From positions 69,068,001 to 69,132,000 of the forward strand of contig OX597814.1 of assembly GCA_951406725.2 (NCBI GenBank): DNA of 64,000 bases. The letters run 5' to 3'. The position numbers and the translations under genes were made by a program. Below the pieces are notes generated by a model, which worked only from the letters and a program-made list of their open reading frames with translations, was not told the origin of the DNA and did no database searches. The stretch is from Octopus vulgaris. Taxonomy: Eukaryota. Of this stretch, positions 41,551-52,345 are shown piece by piece (the first letter of the stretch is position 1; each line of letters starts with the position of its first letter).

Positions 41551-42451
41551 TGTAGTGTGATGGAGGAAAAGGACAACAGAAAAAGAAGCAACGGGAGAAA
41601 GAAATACAAAAGGCCTTACCTCGGTGAAATCAACGGTCACTCTCCCGAATTCAACGCGTCTTGTCGCTCTGCGCTCTTTGCTGGAACTGACTACACGTGC
41701 TTGCTGACGACACGTGCTTCTTGCCCATGCATGCCCCTTTCACTCTTGCGCCGGCCCCTGCAAGCCTTACTTCCGCCCACCTCATCTGTCATCTTCTCCA
41801 CCAACACCACATAGCTCATCACAGCCCATAACACCGCCAACACCACACGCCCCCACTGATCTACAGATCACTCAACCGGCTTTCCCACTCACTCCTCGCT
41901 CCCGAACTCACACCTTAACTGGTTTCATAATCAGCCAGCCAGGGAGGAGGGTGCCGCTCCCTCTGTGGTCGCAGTGCGACCCTAGGACTGGCCTGAGTTC
42001 TTGGCATGTTGCTGCTAGCTTCATCATTTTGTCTACTGATGTTGTCTTCATCTTCTTCAACCAAGCGACTACATCTGTGTCACCGCAAAATGGTTTGATC
42101 ATATCGTTCGAAATACGGACAACACTCATCGTTCGTTTTTTTTTTTGTTATGGGCCGAAATAGCTTGTAGTGTGATGGAGGAAAAGGACAACAGAAAAAG
42201 AAGCAACGGGAGAAAGAAATACAAAAGGCCTTACCTCGGTGAAATCAACGGTCACTCTCCCGAATTCAACGCGTCTTGTCGCTCTGCGCTCTTTGCTGAA
42301 ACTGACTACACGTGCTTGCTGACGACACGTGCTTCTTGCCCATGCATGCCCCTTTCACTCTTGCGCCGGCCCCTGCAAGCCTTACTTCCGCCCACCTCAT
42401 CTGTCATCCTCTCCACCAACACCACATAGCTCATAACACACTAACACCACA
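41551..42451 (-). mobile_element. Miniature LTR retroelement (TRIM-like)
   Basis: Near-identical TG..CA repeats at 41551-41847 and 42166-42451; 318-bp interior with a gag-like start (FCGDTDVVAWLKKMK) and purine-rich AGTGGGGGCG before the 3' LTR; flanks ACCAT/ACCTT. Confidence 0.85.
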
Positions 42452-43165
42452 ACCTTAATGCATTGACCTAGCAATTTGTAGTTATAGACTAAATCTGCTA
42501 TCAACTCTTCGGGTAACAATAAGCACTACTGTTATAAATACACCGTCATCCGTTTTCTAAGTGTCGTACTTATTCAAGGGCTGCAGCTAAGTAATCGGAA
42601 CTCTAGAAGAATTCAACTCAGTAAACATGATCGATTAAGCGATTGAACTTTATCATTTTCTTCTATATCTTGAGAATCAGGTGGTGTATTTATGCACGTG
42701 CATACATATGTGTATATGGTTAGTGGAATGTTAGAATGTTAGAATGTTAGAATTGAAGTAACCTTCATCATTATAGATTCGAAATTAATGGACAACAGAC
42801 GCAGGTAATAACAAACCGTCATGCTGAGCTGTAAAATCAGTTTACATCGCCACTCGGCATATTGTGTGGGGACGACAGTGAATCTGGTGTGTGCACAGCT
42901 CATTCTCACTATAAAAAAAATTATTTCCCTATTCTGCCAGTTATCCTAAATGAGGAATCTTGTCATGTTTGGCGGGTCATCATCTCGTTGTCATTATCAT
43001 CATCACTTAGTTTAAGCAATGCATACACATACACACATGCAATCATATTATAGTATTATATTATTAAGAATATTAGTATTATTGTATCAAATAATATAGT
43101 ATTATCTTATTAAGTATAGTATTATATTATTAAGACGAATACAAAGTATTATTAGTATATTATAA

Positions 43166-43738
43166 GGCGGCGAGCTGACAGAATCGTTAGCACGTCGGGC
43201 GAAATGCTTAGCGGTATTTCGTCTGCCGTTACGTTGTGAGTTCAAATTCCGCCGAGGTCGACTTTGCCTTTCATCCTTTCGGGGTCGATAAATTAAGTAC
43301 CAGTTAAGCACTGGGGTCGATATAATCGACTTAATACCTATGTCTGTCCATGTTTGTCCCCTCTATGTTCAGCCCCTTGTGGGTAATAAAGAAATAGGTA
43401 TTTCGTCTGCCGCTACGTTCTGAGTTCAAATTCCGCGGAGGTCGACTTTGCCTTTCAGCCTTTCGAGGTCGATTAAATAAGTACCAGTTACGCACTGGGG
43501 TCGATATAGTCGGCTTAATCAGCTTGTCTGTCCTTGTTTGTCCTCTCTGTGTTTAGCCCCTTGTAGGTAGTAAAGAAATAGGTATTTCGTCTGTCGCTAC
43601 GTTCTGAGTTCGATTTTTGCCTTACATCCTTTCGGGGTCGATGAAATAAGTATCAGTGGAGCACTGGGGTTGGTTTAAGCGACTCAATCTCCTCCTCTCA
43701 AAATTTCAGGTCTTGTGGTTATAGTAGAAAGGATTATT
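43166..43738 (+). mobile_element. tRNA-derived SINE with three tandem ~184-bp body units
   Basis: Head GGCGGCGAGCTGACAGAATCGTTAGCAC; B box GAGTTCAAATTCC; units start at 43213, 43397 and 43581. Confidence 0.85.
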
Positions 43739-44049
43739 AGCATATTATTAAGAATACATTGTATTATATTATTAAGAATGCATTTTTTGTCTCCCTAGTA
43801 TTTCTCACCACTTAAACGACTGTTTTCGATAATAAATAATAAGTTCGTGAGAATATTTTGACTGAATTAAAACTCACAGTGAATGTAATAGGAAAGTAGT
43901 TTCAAATAAAGCTTAAGGCCATGATCTCTGGCACAGACAGAATTCAGTCCAAATTCCAGCATAGTCAAGTCGTACGTCTCACCCCTGATACTTCCATAAT
44001 TTCCCTGTCACATGAAGGTGTGTGTAGGCTACTTCTAAATCTACTATCG

Positions 44050-45330
44050 TAGAACTCTTCGTCACCTATCTCTGCTTTTTCAAAGTATCCTCACGTTCAG
44101 TTAAAACCTCTCCACCAGTATCACGTGCCATATGGTAATTCAGCTCTTGAGAGTGTCGCGCTGGCTGAACTTCATTTTTTGCTAGTTGAACAACTACCAA
44201 CAGTGGCGACATCTCAGTCTCCACCTCTTCCTCAAGGTATTAAAATACTGCCTTTATCCATGTCTCCATCCTCTCACCCGCTTTTAAAGAGCCCTCATAA
44301 CAAACCACTATATTCTTCAGCATTGTCCTTTCGTCTGTATGGAAACCCAAACTTTTTCAAAGAACATCCACCTTTCTAGACTATTTGGCAATTCCGCAGC
44401 TTTGGTCTTCTGCTGTACTTCACTGCATATCACGCCCTTCCAAACTCTACCATATGACATCTGAAGTACTGCCTCTTGTAAGGGTGCACTCCCTCTTTTT
44501 CCTCTTCAGACCCCGAGCTGCTCTCAGTTTTCACTCTTGTTGCACCCTACCCCATAGTAGTCACTGTCGCAACGCCTTGTACGCTGCTTGTCGTTAGCCT
44601 TCTGGCTTAAGCCAATAAATCACTCTTAGTAATGTCTCGATGTCCAGCAGTTGCTTTAGCTCAATAGAAATGTTATGAGGGAAACCAGTCACATACACTG
44701 ACTTGCTTGTCCTTTCCAGGCTTTCTCCACTATATCCAACCAATTCCATCAACCTTTTGACCATGATGGCGAACACATTCACCCGTTCTGCAGTTCATCT
44801 TGCTCTCCTCAGCTTGCTGTTGTAGGCCACAAATGTTCCCTCTGTAAATCTTCCTTTAACCTGGTTTCTATTCTTCCTTCATTTTGCTAACCTCTTTGTT
44901 CATTTCTAGATACAGAGACCATCTATGTACAACACCATGTAACATGCCAAATCTTTAATTCCCTGCAGTTTCACGACCAATCTAGTCTTCTTCACCCATG
45001 CGACCACTTCCTCTCAACTTCCGCTTCGTCACATCGCTTGCGATTTTCACCTCACCCGAGATGTTCACATAGTTATGAAAAGGAATTGTTTGTGACGGGA
45101 TTTGATGGAGAAAGGGAAAGCAATTCGACCGTATCTTAAATGCAGAAAAGGCACCAGGTTAAACAGGAAAAAAGGAAGCAAGAGGAAAGTTTTACTCCAT
45201 GTAAAAATTGTATTTCTCCCCCGTTCGTCACTCTCTCACCAACACACTGACGAATCTGTAAACGCCGGAAAATGGACGGGCCCCTACACACGGTTGCCGT
45301 CATCTTTCTTTCTACTCACTACCCAAACCT
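44050..45330 (-). mobile_element. Decayed LTR-retrotransposon gag region and possible LTR
   Basis: Minus strand near 45010-44920 reads EVVAWVKKTRLVVKLQGIKDLA, similar to the gag-like start in the TRIM; VYVTGFP..IS.ELK; boundaries approximate. Confidence 0.55.
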
Positions 45331-45829
45331 GGATAAAAAGAAAATGTCATTCCAACAAAAACAAAAGGTCCATGTTTGTTCTTTTCGTAAGCAACCACTT
45401 GATGTGGAGGTCTGGCTCTTTTGGTTTTTTGCTTCTTTTGCTTTTTGTTTCTCTGTGGCTAGTCGTAAGTCACACTCACCAATGGAACGAAATTATTTGA
45501 TGGTGAAATTATTTGATTGTGTAAAATTTAAGGTCAGTAAATCTGGCTAGCAGAAATTTGATAATGCATTAACCAAGGAAGCACCCACACTGGAAATGGA
45601 ACTAAAAACACATTCAAATTCATAATTAAGAGTAATCTTAAGTAATATATGAATATGAAAAATTGTTACTTAATGATGGTGTGTGATTTAGAAATATAAG
45701 TTGTCATGCATTAATAAAGCCTATGAATTTTCATCCGCATGTTATTATTATTACTCTTATATTTATCCTAAGCTGAAATGAGTTCCGCATGTATAGACAT
45801 ACCATTGGATTATCTTGGGAGATGGAATT

Positions 45830-46040
45830 AACAGAAGGTACGTAGCCAACAAGAAGCATAGGAGCTTTTAAGAACGCATTATGAGGCTTTGCTCCATCTA
45901 AACTAAATGGAGGAGTAGATAAACAGCCGACAACTAATGAAGGGTCCTTTCTCTGTGTTTACTTGTCCTGTTTTCCATTTTTTCTCGTTTTTTACGTATT
46001 TCATGTTACTTGCACCGTTGGTGATGTCCTGTACCCATAT
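45830..46040 (+). mobile_element. Degenerate relative of the 29955-30380 repeat
   Basis: GAGTAGATAAAC..CTAATGAAGGG and terminal TGTCCTGTACCCATATA shared with that element. Confidence 0.55.
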
Positions 46041-46052
46041 ATACATATACAT

Positions 46053-46104
<52 letters not shown>

Positions 46105-46109
<5 letters not shown>

Positions 46110-46636
46110 CCTAACTTCCAAATTTTCCCTTTACATCAATGTTCTGCACACCTCAGTTCAGCAAAGAAAGAATAAAGAAGCAACTTTCATCAATAAATAC
46201 CATCCACAACTCAACATGAACACATAACATAATAAAGAACATTACTAACCTTACCATTAACACCACTAATTCCTATACATTCCATACACAATTCATATTA
46301 CAGTATTACATCTACCCTAATTGCACCATTCCCAGAACTACTTACCTCCCTTGCATATAATCTTTCTACTCAGGTACTAGTAGACCCGACACCGTTTGGT
46401 AATCGGTGCGCATTCAAAGCCAGTGAACAGCAATTGACGAAACCGGTATGACTTTGAATCCTCTTAATTATTCCTCTTAATTCTACCTCAGTTCATCTAA
46501 TTGTATATATTTAACGTTACATTTCATTAAAAATTCCATTATTTTTTTAATATCCAATGTGCATTTTCGCTTTTTCTTCTTACATTTCCCATATATCTAC
46601 TACGTGTAGTTTATTTTTCTCTTTGGAACCTATTTC

Positions 46637-46640
<4 letters not shown>
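46105..46640 (+). mobile_element. PLE 3' fragment (GIY-YIG tail + degenerate hammerhead) between (TA)n runs
   Basis: RKNKEATFINKYHPQLN resembles RKIREKNFIDKFEPKLN of the PLE at 55246; hammerhead remnant at 46412-46459. Confidence 0.7.
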
Positions 46641-46716
<76 letters not shown>

Positions 46717-46757
46717 ATATATATATATATATGTGTGTGTGTGTGCTTATATACATA

Positions 46758-46819
<62 letters not shown>

Positions 46820-46823
46820 TACA

Positions 46824-47138
46824 TAGTGGCGGACTAGCCAGGTTGCCAGGTTGCCCGATGGCAAGTGGGCTTCTGTGCCATTAGAATCTATATATGGGGG
46901 TCCATTTTAGCATCTAAGGGGCACATCCTCTCAAGTTTGAGAATTTTTTATTCACTCCTGGAAGAATGCATTCATTATTTCACCCAAGCTGTGTTTGTAG
47001 ACAGTTAAAAAGAATACTTTTTAGCAAAAAATAAAATTAAATGATCGCATTGTAGTTGCGGGTGGCTCCCCTTGTAGTTTCGGGTGGGTCCCCTAAATAT
47101 ATTGGCAACCAATATATTTAGACCAGTCAGCGATTCTG
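46824..47138. mobile_element. Possible MITE with imperfect short TIRs
   Basis: TAGTGGCGGACTAG ... CCAGTCAGCGATTCTG between TA runs; weak match. Confidence 0.3.
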
Positions 47139-47154
47139 TATATATATATATATA

Positions 47155-47606
47155 TCTATATATATAAAACTCTAGTTGTGTGAGTGTCTGTCCCCTTCGA
47201 TTTAGATTCCTAACTCCTCCCACATTTTGCGGGGCAGTTTAACCAAATTCGGGTATCTTATAGTCGTGATTCATATCGAGCCCGTCTGACTATTAGCGCG
47301 CGTCAACGATGAGTCTACGATTTTAAAAATAATTTAACATCATTTTTTTATTCCATTTTAATGCATAAAATGCATCGTATGTCCACGCTCACCTGTTTGC
47401 TTCTCCCCCTTCCCTCATGGGGAAGGGAGTGTAAAGAAATCAACGTCGTAATACGTTGTGATCTTTTAGAACAACGACTTCATGGCTTGAAGACACCAAA
47501 ACAAAAATGGCTAAGAAAGCCCGAATTTATAAGGGAAGTAACTCTCTAAAAATGCTTATATAGTTATTTCCCTTACAAACCCGAGCAACGCCGGGCGATA
47601 CTGCTA

Positions 47607-47607
<1 letters not shown>
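47155..47607 (+). mobile_element. Non-autonomous Helitron
   Basis: 5' TC, subterminal hairpin CCCGAGCAACGCCGGG, 3' CTAG, inserted between A and T. Confidence 0.8.
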
Positions 47608-47645
<38 letters not shown>

Positions 47646-47700
47646 CCCCAGCATGGCCACAGCTCATAAGCTGAAACTAGAATCAATCAATCAATCATAT

Positions 47701-48719
47701 ATATATATATAAACGGCAGTTTGTCTGTCTGTGTGTCTGTCAGGTTGCACCCTCACCCTGACCACGGCTTTCAACCGATTCTGATGAAACTTGACGCACA
47801 CATAGCTCAATGTCATTATTCAAGACTAACGCAGCAAAAATTTTGAAAAGTCCCCCCAGTTCTGAAAAAAGTCGATAAATTCGACATGGGGTCGAGAATC
47901 TAAGCTTTTTATATGCAACACATTTTCTGTTGTAGTTTTCGCAACTTGCAATCGATTTTCACCAAACTCATGGTGAAGCTTAATGTTACCCTAAGGAACT
48001 TAATTCTGACATTAGTATTCCATGCAATACCTTACCATCAGAAAAAATCGATAAAATCATGCCATTTTGGGAAATCGCGTTCAAATTCAAGATGACATAT
48101 TTTCGACAATATCTTTCACAAATTGGCAGGAATTTTTTTAATTCACAGCGAGCATCATGTCTGCTCCAAGGAGCTATATGGCCCTTTTTATTCCAATAGG
48201 ATACTTTATTACTGGAAAAAATCGGTTAATTAAATCATATGTGAAACACATAGCAAACCGATTTGTGTATTAAACACAAACTCAATGTGAGTGACCAAAC
48301 TGAACAAACGAATGGAAAAGGTTTTTTGGTGCACACGACAAAAGCGGTTTATAATAAACCAGGAGTTTGCAAGTAGCGTCTGAGGACCCTTAGGGTACGT
48401 CAAAAATTTAAGGTAAAACGTTTGGGGTGGTAGTTATAAAGAAAGTTTAAACAAATAAAGTATTCGAATAACTTGTGGCTGCAGCAGCTATTAGCAGAAG
48501 TGTCGGTGTTGGGGGTAAAGTCTCGAATGTAATTTCTTCCTGGTAGGAATTGGCTGGGTTGAATTATCGATAGCTGTTTGATAGTTATTTGGGAGTGAAG
48601 AGAAGACATTGCAACCTACACATGTGCCTTCGTTCCCTAGAGGAAAAGGACTAGATTGGGATTAGTCGTTGCCTACTAGGGGCTCTTACATACCCGGGCA
48701 ACGCCGGGCTATGCTGCTA

Positions 48720-48720
<1 letters not shown>
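47701..48720 (+). mobile_element. Non-autonomous Helitron
   Basis: 5' end shared with 51155 and 51762; 3' CCCGGGCAACGCCGGG..CTAG. Confidence 0.8.
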
Positions 48721-48760
<40 letters not shown>

Positions 48761-48829
48761 ACGTGAAAATCAGACAAGGTTGGAATTCCTTTTATTAATA
48801 TATTCTTCTATACACAATCACACACGCCC

Positions 48830-48868
<39 letters not shown>

Positions 48869-48943
48869 AAAAGTAAAAAATATATACAAACTGGGACAAG
48901 AACGTGAAACACCTAGAAGACGACACAAGAACCACAGGACGGG

Positions 48944-49089
48944 ACATTCGAAGCCCTCAGTCATCAGTCAAGAATCGGATCATCTTCGCAATTTCGGCTG
49001 ATTAATCTTGAGATTGCTCCGACCTGGGCAGCCCCCAAGGGAAATCTAAGCCAAGTGCATTAGATCCCTTGAAAGAAAGCTTCGAATGT
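48944..49089 (-). ncRNA. Candidate scrambled-topology hammerhead ribozyme (family 1, copy A)
   Basis: GCAA TC TCAAGA ttaa TCAG cc GAAA TTGC ..14 nt.. TCTTGA CTGATGA CTGA, enclosed by ACATTCGAAGC/GCTTCGAATGT. Confidence 0.7.
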
Positions 49090-49701
49090 ATACAACACAA
49101 GGACGGAAAACGAACGATGTACACGAATAAAAATACAGAAATACGTGAAAACAATAAGGAAAGCACGAATAAGAATACAAAAACGTAAAAACAATAAAGG
49201 TAAGGATAAAAAAACAAAACCAGGACGTAGGACAAGGGTATTTCGACAGGACGAGTTGAGTTGGGGCTGGCTTATGGAGTTGTGCCTTATGGCCGCGGGA
49301 GACAAACAAAAACGTGTTGCTTCAACGACTGCTGGATACGAAAAAGGCCGCCCAGCAGTGGCTAGCTGGTCACGTGAGGACAAAAGACAGAAGAAAGGGA
49401 CAGATGAGAAGAGAGAGAAGGTGGACAGGGGAGGATAAGAAAGAGACAGATCGAGGGGAGTGGAGGTATGAGAGGTAGAGAAGTGTAGGAGGGGGGTACG
49501 GATGAAGAGAGAAAGAAAGAAAGAAGGGGAATAAGGGAGGAGGAGAGAGAGAAAGAGACAGATCAATAGTCGTACCAATGTTAGAGAAAATATACTTACG
49601 TATAAGGACAGAGGTGTGGATACGAAGCCGCCATTATATATGTAAAAAGTAAAAAATATATACAAACTGGGACAAGAACGACACAAGAACCACAGGACGG
49701 G

Positions 49702-49846
49702 ACATTCGAAGCCCTCAGTCATCAGTCAAGAATCGGATCATCTTCGCAATTTCGGCAGATTAATCTTGAGATTGCTCCGACCTGGGCAGCCCCCAAGGAA
49801 AATCTAAGCCAATGCATTAGATCCCTTGGAAGAAAGCTTCGAATGT
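49702..49846 (-). ncRNA. Candidate scrambled-topology hammerhead ribozyme (family 1, copy B)
   Basis: Same as copy A with one stem II mismatch. Confidence 0.65.
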
Positions 49847-49960
49847 ATACAACACAAGGACGGAAAACGAACGATGTACACGAATAAAAATACAGAAATA
49901 CGTGAAAATAATAAGGAAAGCACGAATAAGAATACAAAAACGTAAAAGCAATAAAGGTAA

Positions 49961-50033
<73 letters not shown>

Positions 50034-50210
50034 GGGCTTAGTAAAATAAATTACTTTGCCACATACTGAACTTAGTAGAAATAGCAGCCAAAAAAAATTT
50101 TCTTAGCAGTTTTACTACTTAAAGAAAATTTCTCTCAGATAATGTTTACTCTAGACAGCTCACGAAGGTTTGGGGGTAGATACAGAAAAATATCACAAGT
50201 ACATAGATCG

Positions 50211-50273
50211 TTTGAGTACGTCAACGTTTCAAGATTAGCCAAATAAAATCAGCATTTCTTTCGTCAGCTCAAA
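50211..50273 (-). ncRNA. Type I hammerhead ribozyme motif
   Basis: TTTGAG CTGACGA AAGA..TCTT GAAA CGTTGACG TA CTCAAA; predicted cleavage between 50217 and 50216. Confidence 0.9.
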
Positions 50274-50773
50274 ATTTCTTAATTTGGATTTGGAAACACT
50301 AAAAGAAAGAACTTTACCTATCAGCGAACTTGTCGCTTCAGATGAACCACTCCAACTAACAGTGTCAACAAATTCAAAATGCGCAGGCGTAAAATTCTGC
50401 ACTCCCCATTCCACCCACGTGGTTTATCTAGCAAACATTATATTTTAACCGCGAGGACCGAGGCAGTATGACCGAGAGAAATGAATTATAATATCAACAA
50501 TTGAGGGTAAAATTAATTAATTAATCAATTTCACCAAGTGTTCAGTATGTAAAAGGACCATTTAAGGCGAATTCAAAATATTACATTATATAATTAGGGC
50601 TTAGTAAAATAAATTACTTTGCCACATACTGAACTTAGTAGAAATAGCAGCCAAAAAAAATTTTCTTAGCATTTCTACTACTTAAAGAAGATTTCTCTCA
50701 GATAATGTTTACTCTAGACAGCTCACGAAGGTTTGGGGGTAGATACAGAAAAATATCACAAGTACATAGATCG

Positions 50774-50836
50774 TTTGAGTACGTCAACGTTTCAAGATTA
50801 GCCAAATAAAATCAGCATTTCTTTCGTCAGCTCAAA
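50774..50836 (-). ncRNA. Type I hammerhead ribozyme motif (second unit)
   Basis: Identical to 50211-50273. Confidence 0.9.
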
Positions 50837-51154
50837 ATTTCTTAATTTGGATTTGGAAACACTAAAAAGAAAGAACTTTACCTATCAGCGAACTTGTCGC
50901 TTCAGATGAACCACTCCAACTAACAGTGTCAACAAATTCAAAATGCGCAGGCGTAAAATTCTGCACTCCCCATTCCACCCACGTGGTCTATCTAGCAAAC
51001 ATTATATTTTAACCGCGAGGACCGAGGCAGTATGACCGAGAGAAATGAATTATAATATCAACAATTGAGGGTAAAATTAATTAATTAATCAATTTCACCA
51101 AGTGTTCAGTATGTAAAAGGACCATTTAAGGCGAATTCAAAATATTACATTATA

Positions 51155-51536
51155 TCTCTCTATATATAAACGGCAGTTTGTCTGTGTGTGTTTCTGTGTG
51201 TCTGTTTGGTTGTACCCTCAACCTGACCACGGCTTTCAACCGATTCTGATGAAACTTGACACACACATAGCCCAATGTCATAATTCAAAACTGACGCAGC
51301 GAAAATTTTGAAAAGTTCCCCCAGTTCTGAAAAAATTGATAAATTCGACATGGGGTCGAGAATCAGAAACACAAACCACAGACTGTCTAGGGGACGCAAC
51401 TCGACCCTTTTAACTCTCAAAAAAAATTTACCATAATTTTTTTTCCATTTTTTTCTATTTTTTGACTATAACTCTCTAAAAATGCTTTATAGTTATTTCC
51501 CTTACAAATCCGAGCAACGCCGGGCGATACTGCTAG
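51155..51536 (+). mobile_element. Non-autonomous Helitron
   Basis: 5' TC, CCGAGCAACGCCGG hairpin, 3' CTAG; interrupts the tandem array at A|T. Confidence 0.85.
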
Positions 51537-51726
51537 TAATTATATAATTAGGGCTTAGTAAAATAAATTACTTATATATTTCTACTAAGTTCAGTATGTG
51601 GCAAAGTAATTTATTTTACTAAGCCCTAATTATATAATGTAATATTTTGAATTCGTCTTAAATGGTCCTTTTACACACTGAACACTTGGTGAAATTGATT
51701 AATTAATTAATTTTACCCTCAATTGT

Positions 51727-51761
<35 letters not shown>

Positions 51762-51764
<3 letters not shown>

Positions 51765-52053
51765 ATATAAACGGCAGTTTGTCTGTGCGTGTTTCTGTGT
51801 GTCTGTTTGCTTGTACCCTCACCTTGACCACGGCTTTCAACCGATTCTGATGAAACTTGACACACACATAGCCCAATGTCATAATTCAAAACTAACGCAG
51901 CGAAAATTTTGAAAAGTTCCCCCAGTTCTGAAAAAAAAAAAAAATTTACAATCATTTTTTTCCATTTTTTTGTTATTTTTTGGCTATAACTCTCTAAAAA
52001 TGCTTTATAGTTATTTCCCTTACAAACCTGAGCAACGCCGGGCGATACTGCTA

Positions 52054-52054
<1 letters not shown>
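51762..52054 (+). mobile_element. Non-autonomous Helitron, internally deleted copy
   Basis: Same termini as 51155-51536. Confidence 0.85.
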
Positions 52055-52146
<92 letters not shown>

Positions 52147-52300
52147 CGGGTGTGTATGATTGTGTATAGAAGAATATATTAATAAAAGGAATTCCAACCT
52201 TGTCTGATTTCACGTTTTATTTACAATCTTATAATGGTATAATATAAGATAATATAATAAAATAAAATAAAATAATAGAATGTAAAATGTTTATTTTGAT

Positions 52301-52345
52301 GGAACTAGTACTTTCATGCATTAAATTCTGCAATCTTCAGGTTCA
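52301..52345 (-). ncRNA. Minimal type I hammerhead (inverted pLTR copy)
   Basis: GAAC CTGAAGA TTGCA GAATTTAA TGCAT GAAA GTAC TA GTTC. Confidence 0.8.

Larger units (their letters stand above)
48866..49963 (-). mobile_element. Non-coding element of ~1.4 tandem units, each with a scrambled hammerhead-like motif, inserted in (TA)n
   Basis: Direct repeats 48866-~49208 and 49642-49963 (the second has an 18-bp deletion); no credible ORF. Confidence 0.75.
50026..51154 (-). repeat. Two tandem 563-bp non-coding units, each with a hammerhead (retrozyme-like)
   Basis: TTAGGGCTTAG at 50031 and 50594; units almost identical; a third start and an inverted junction fragment lie at 51537-51730. Confidence 0.9.

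Noticed and set aside
43213-43738. CRISPR-like or other prokaryotic repeat system
   Set aside because: Eukaryotic context; the repeats are whole-unit duplications without unique spacers
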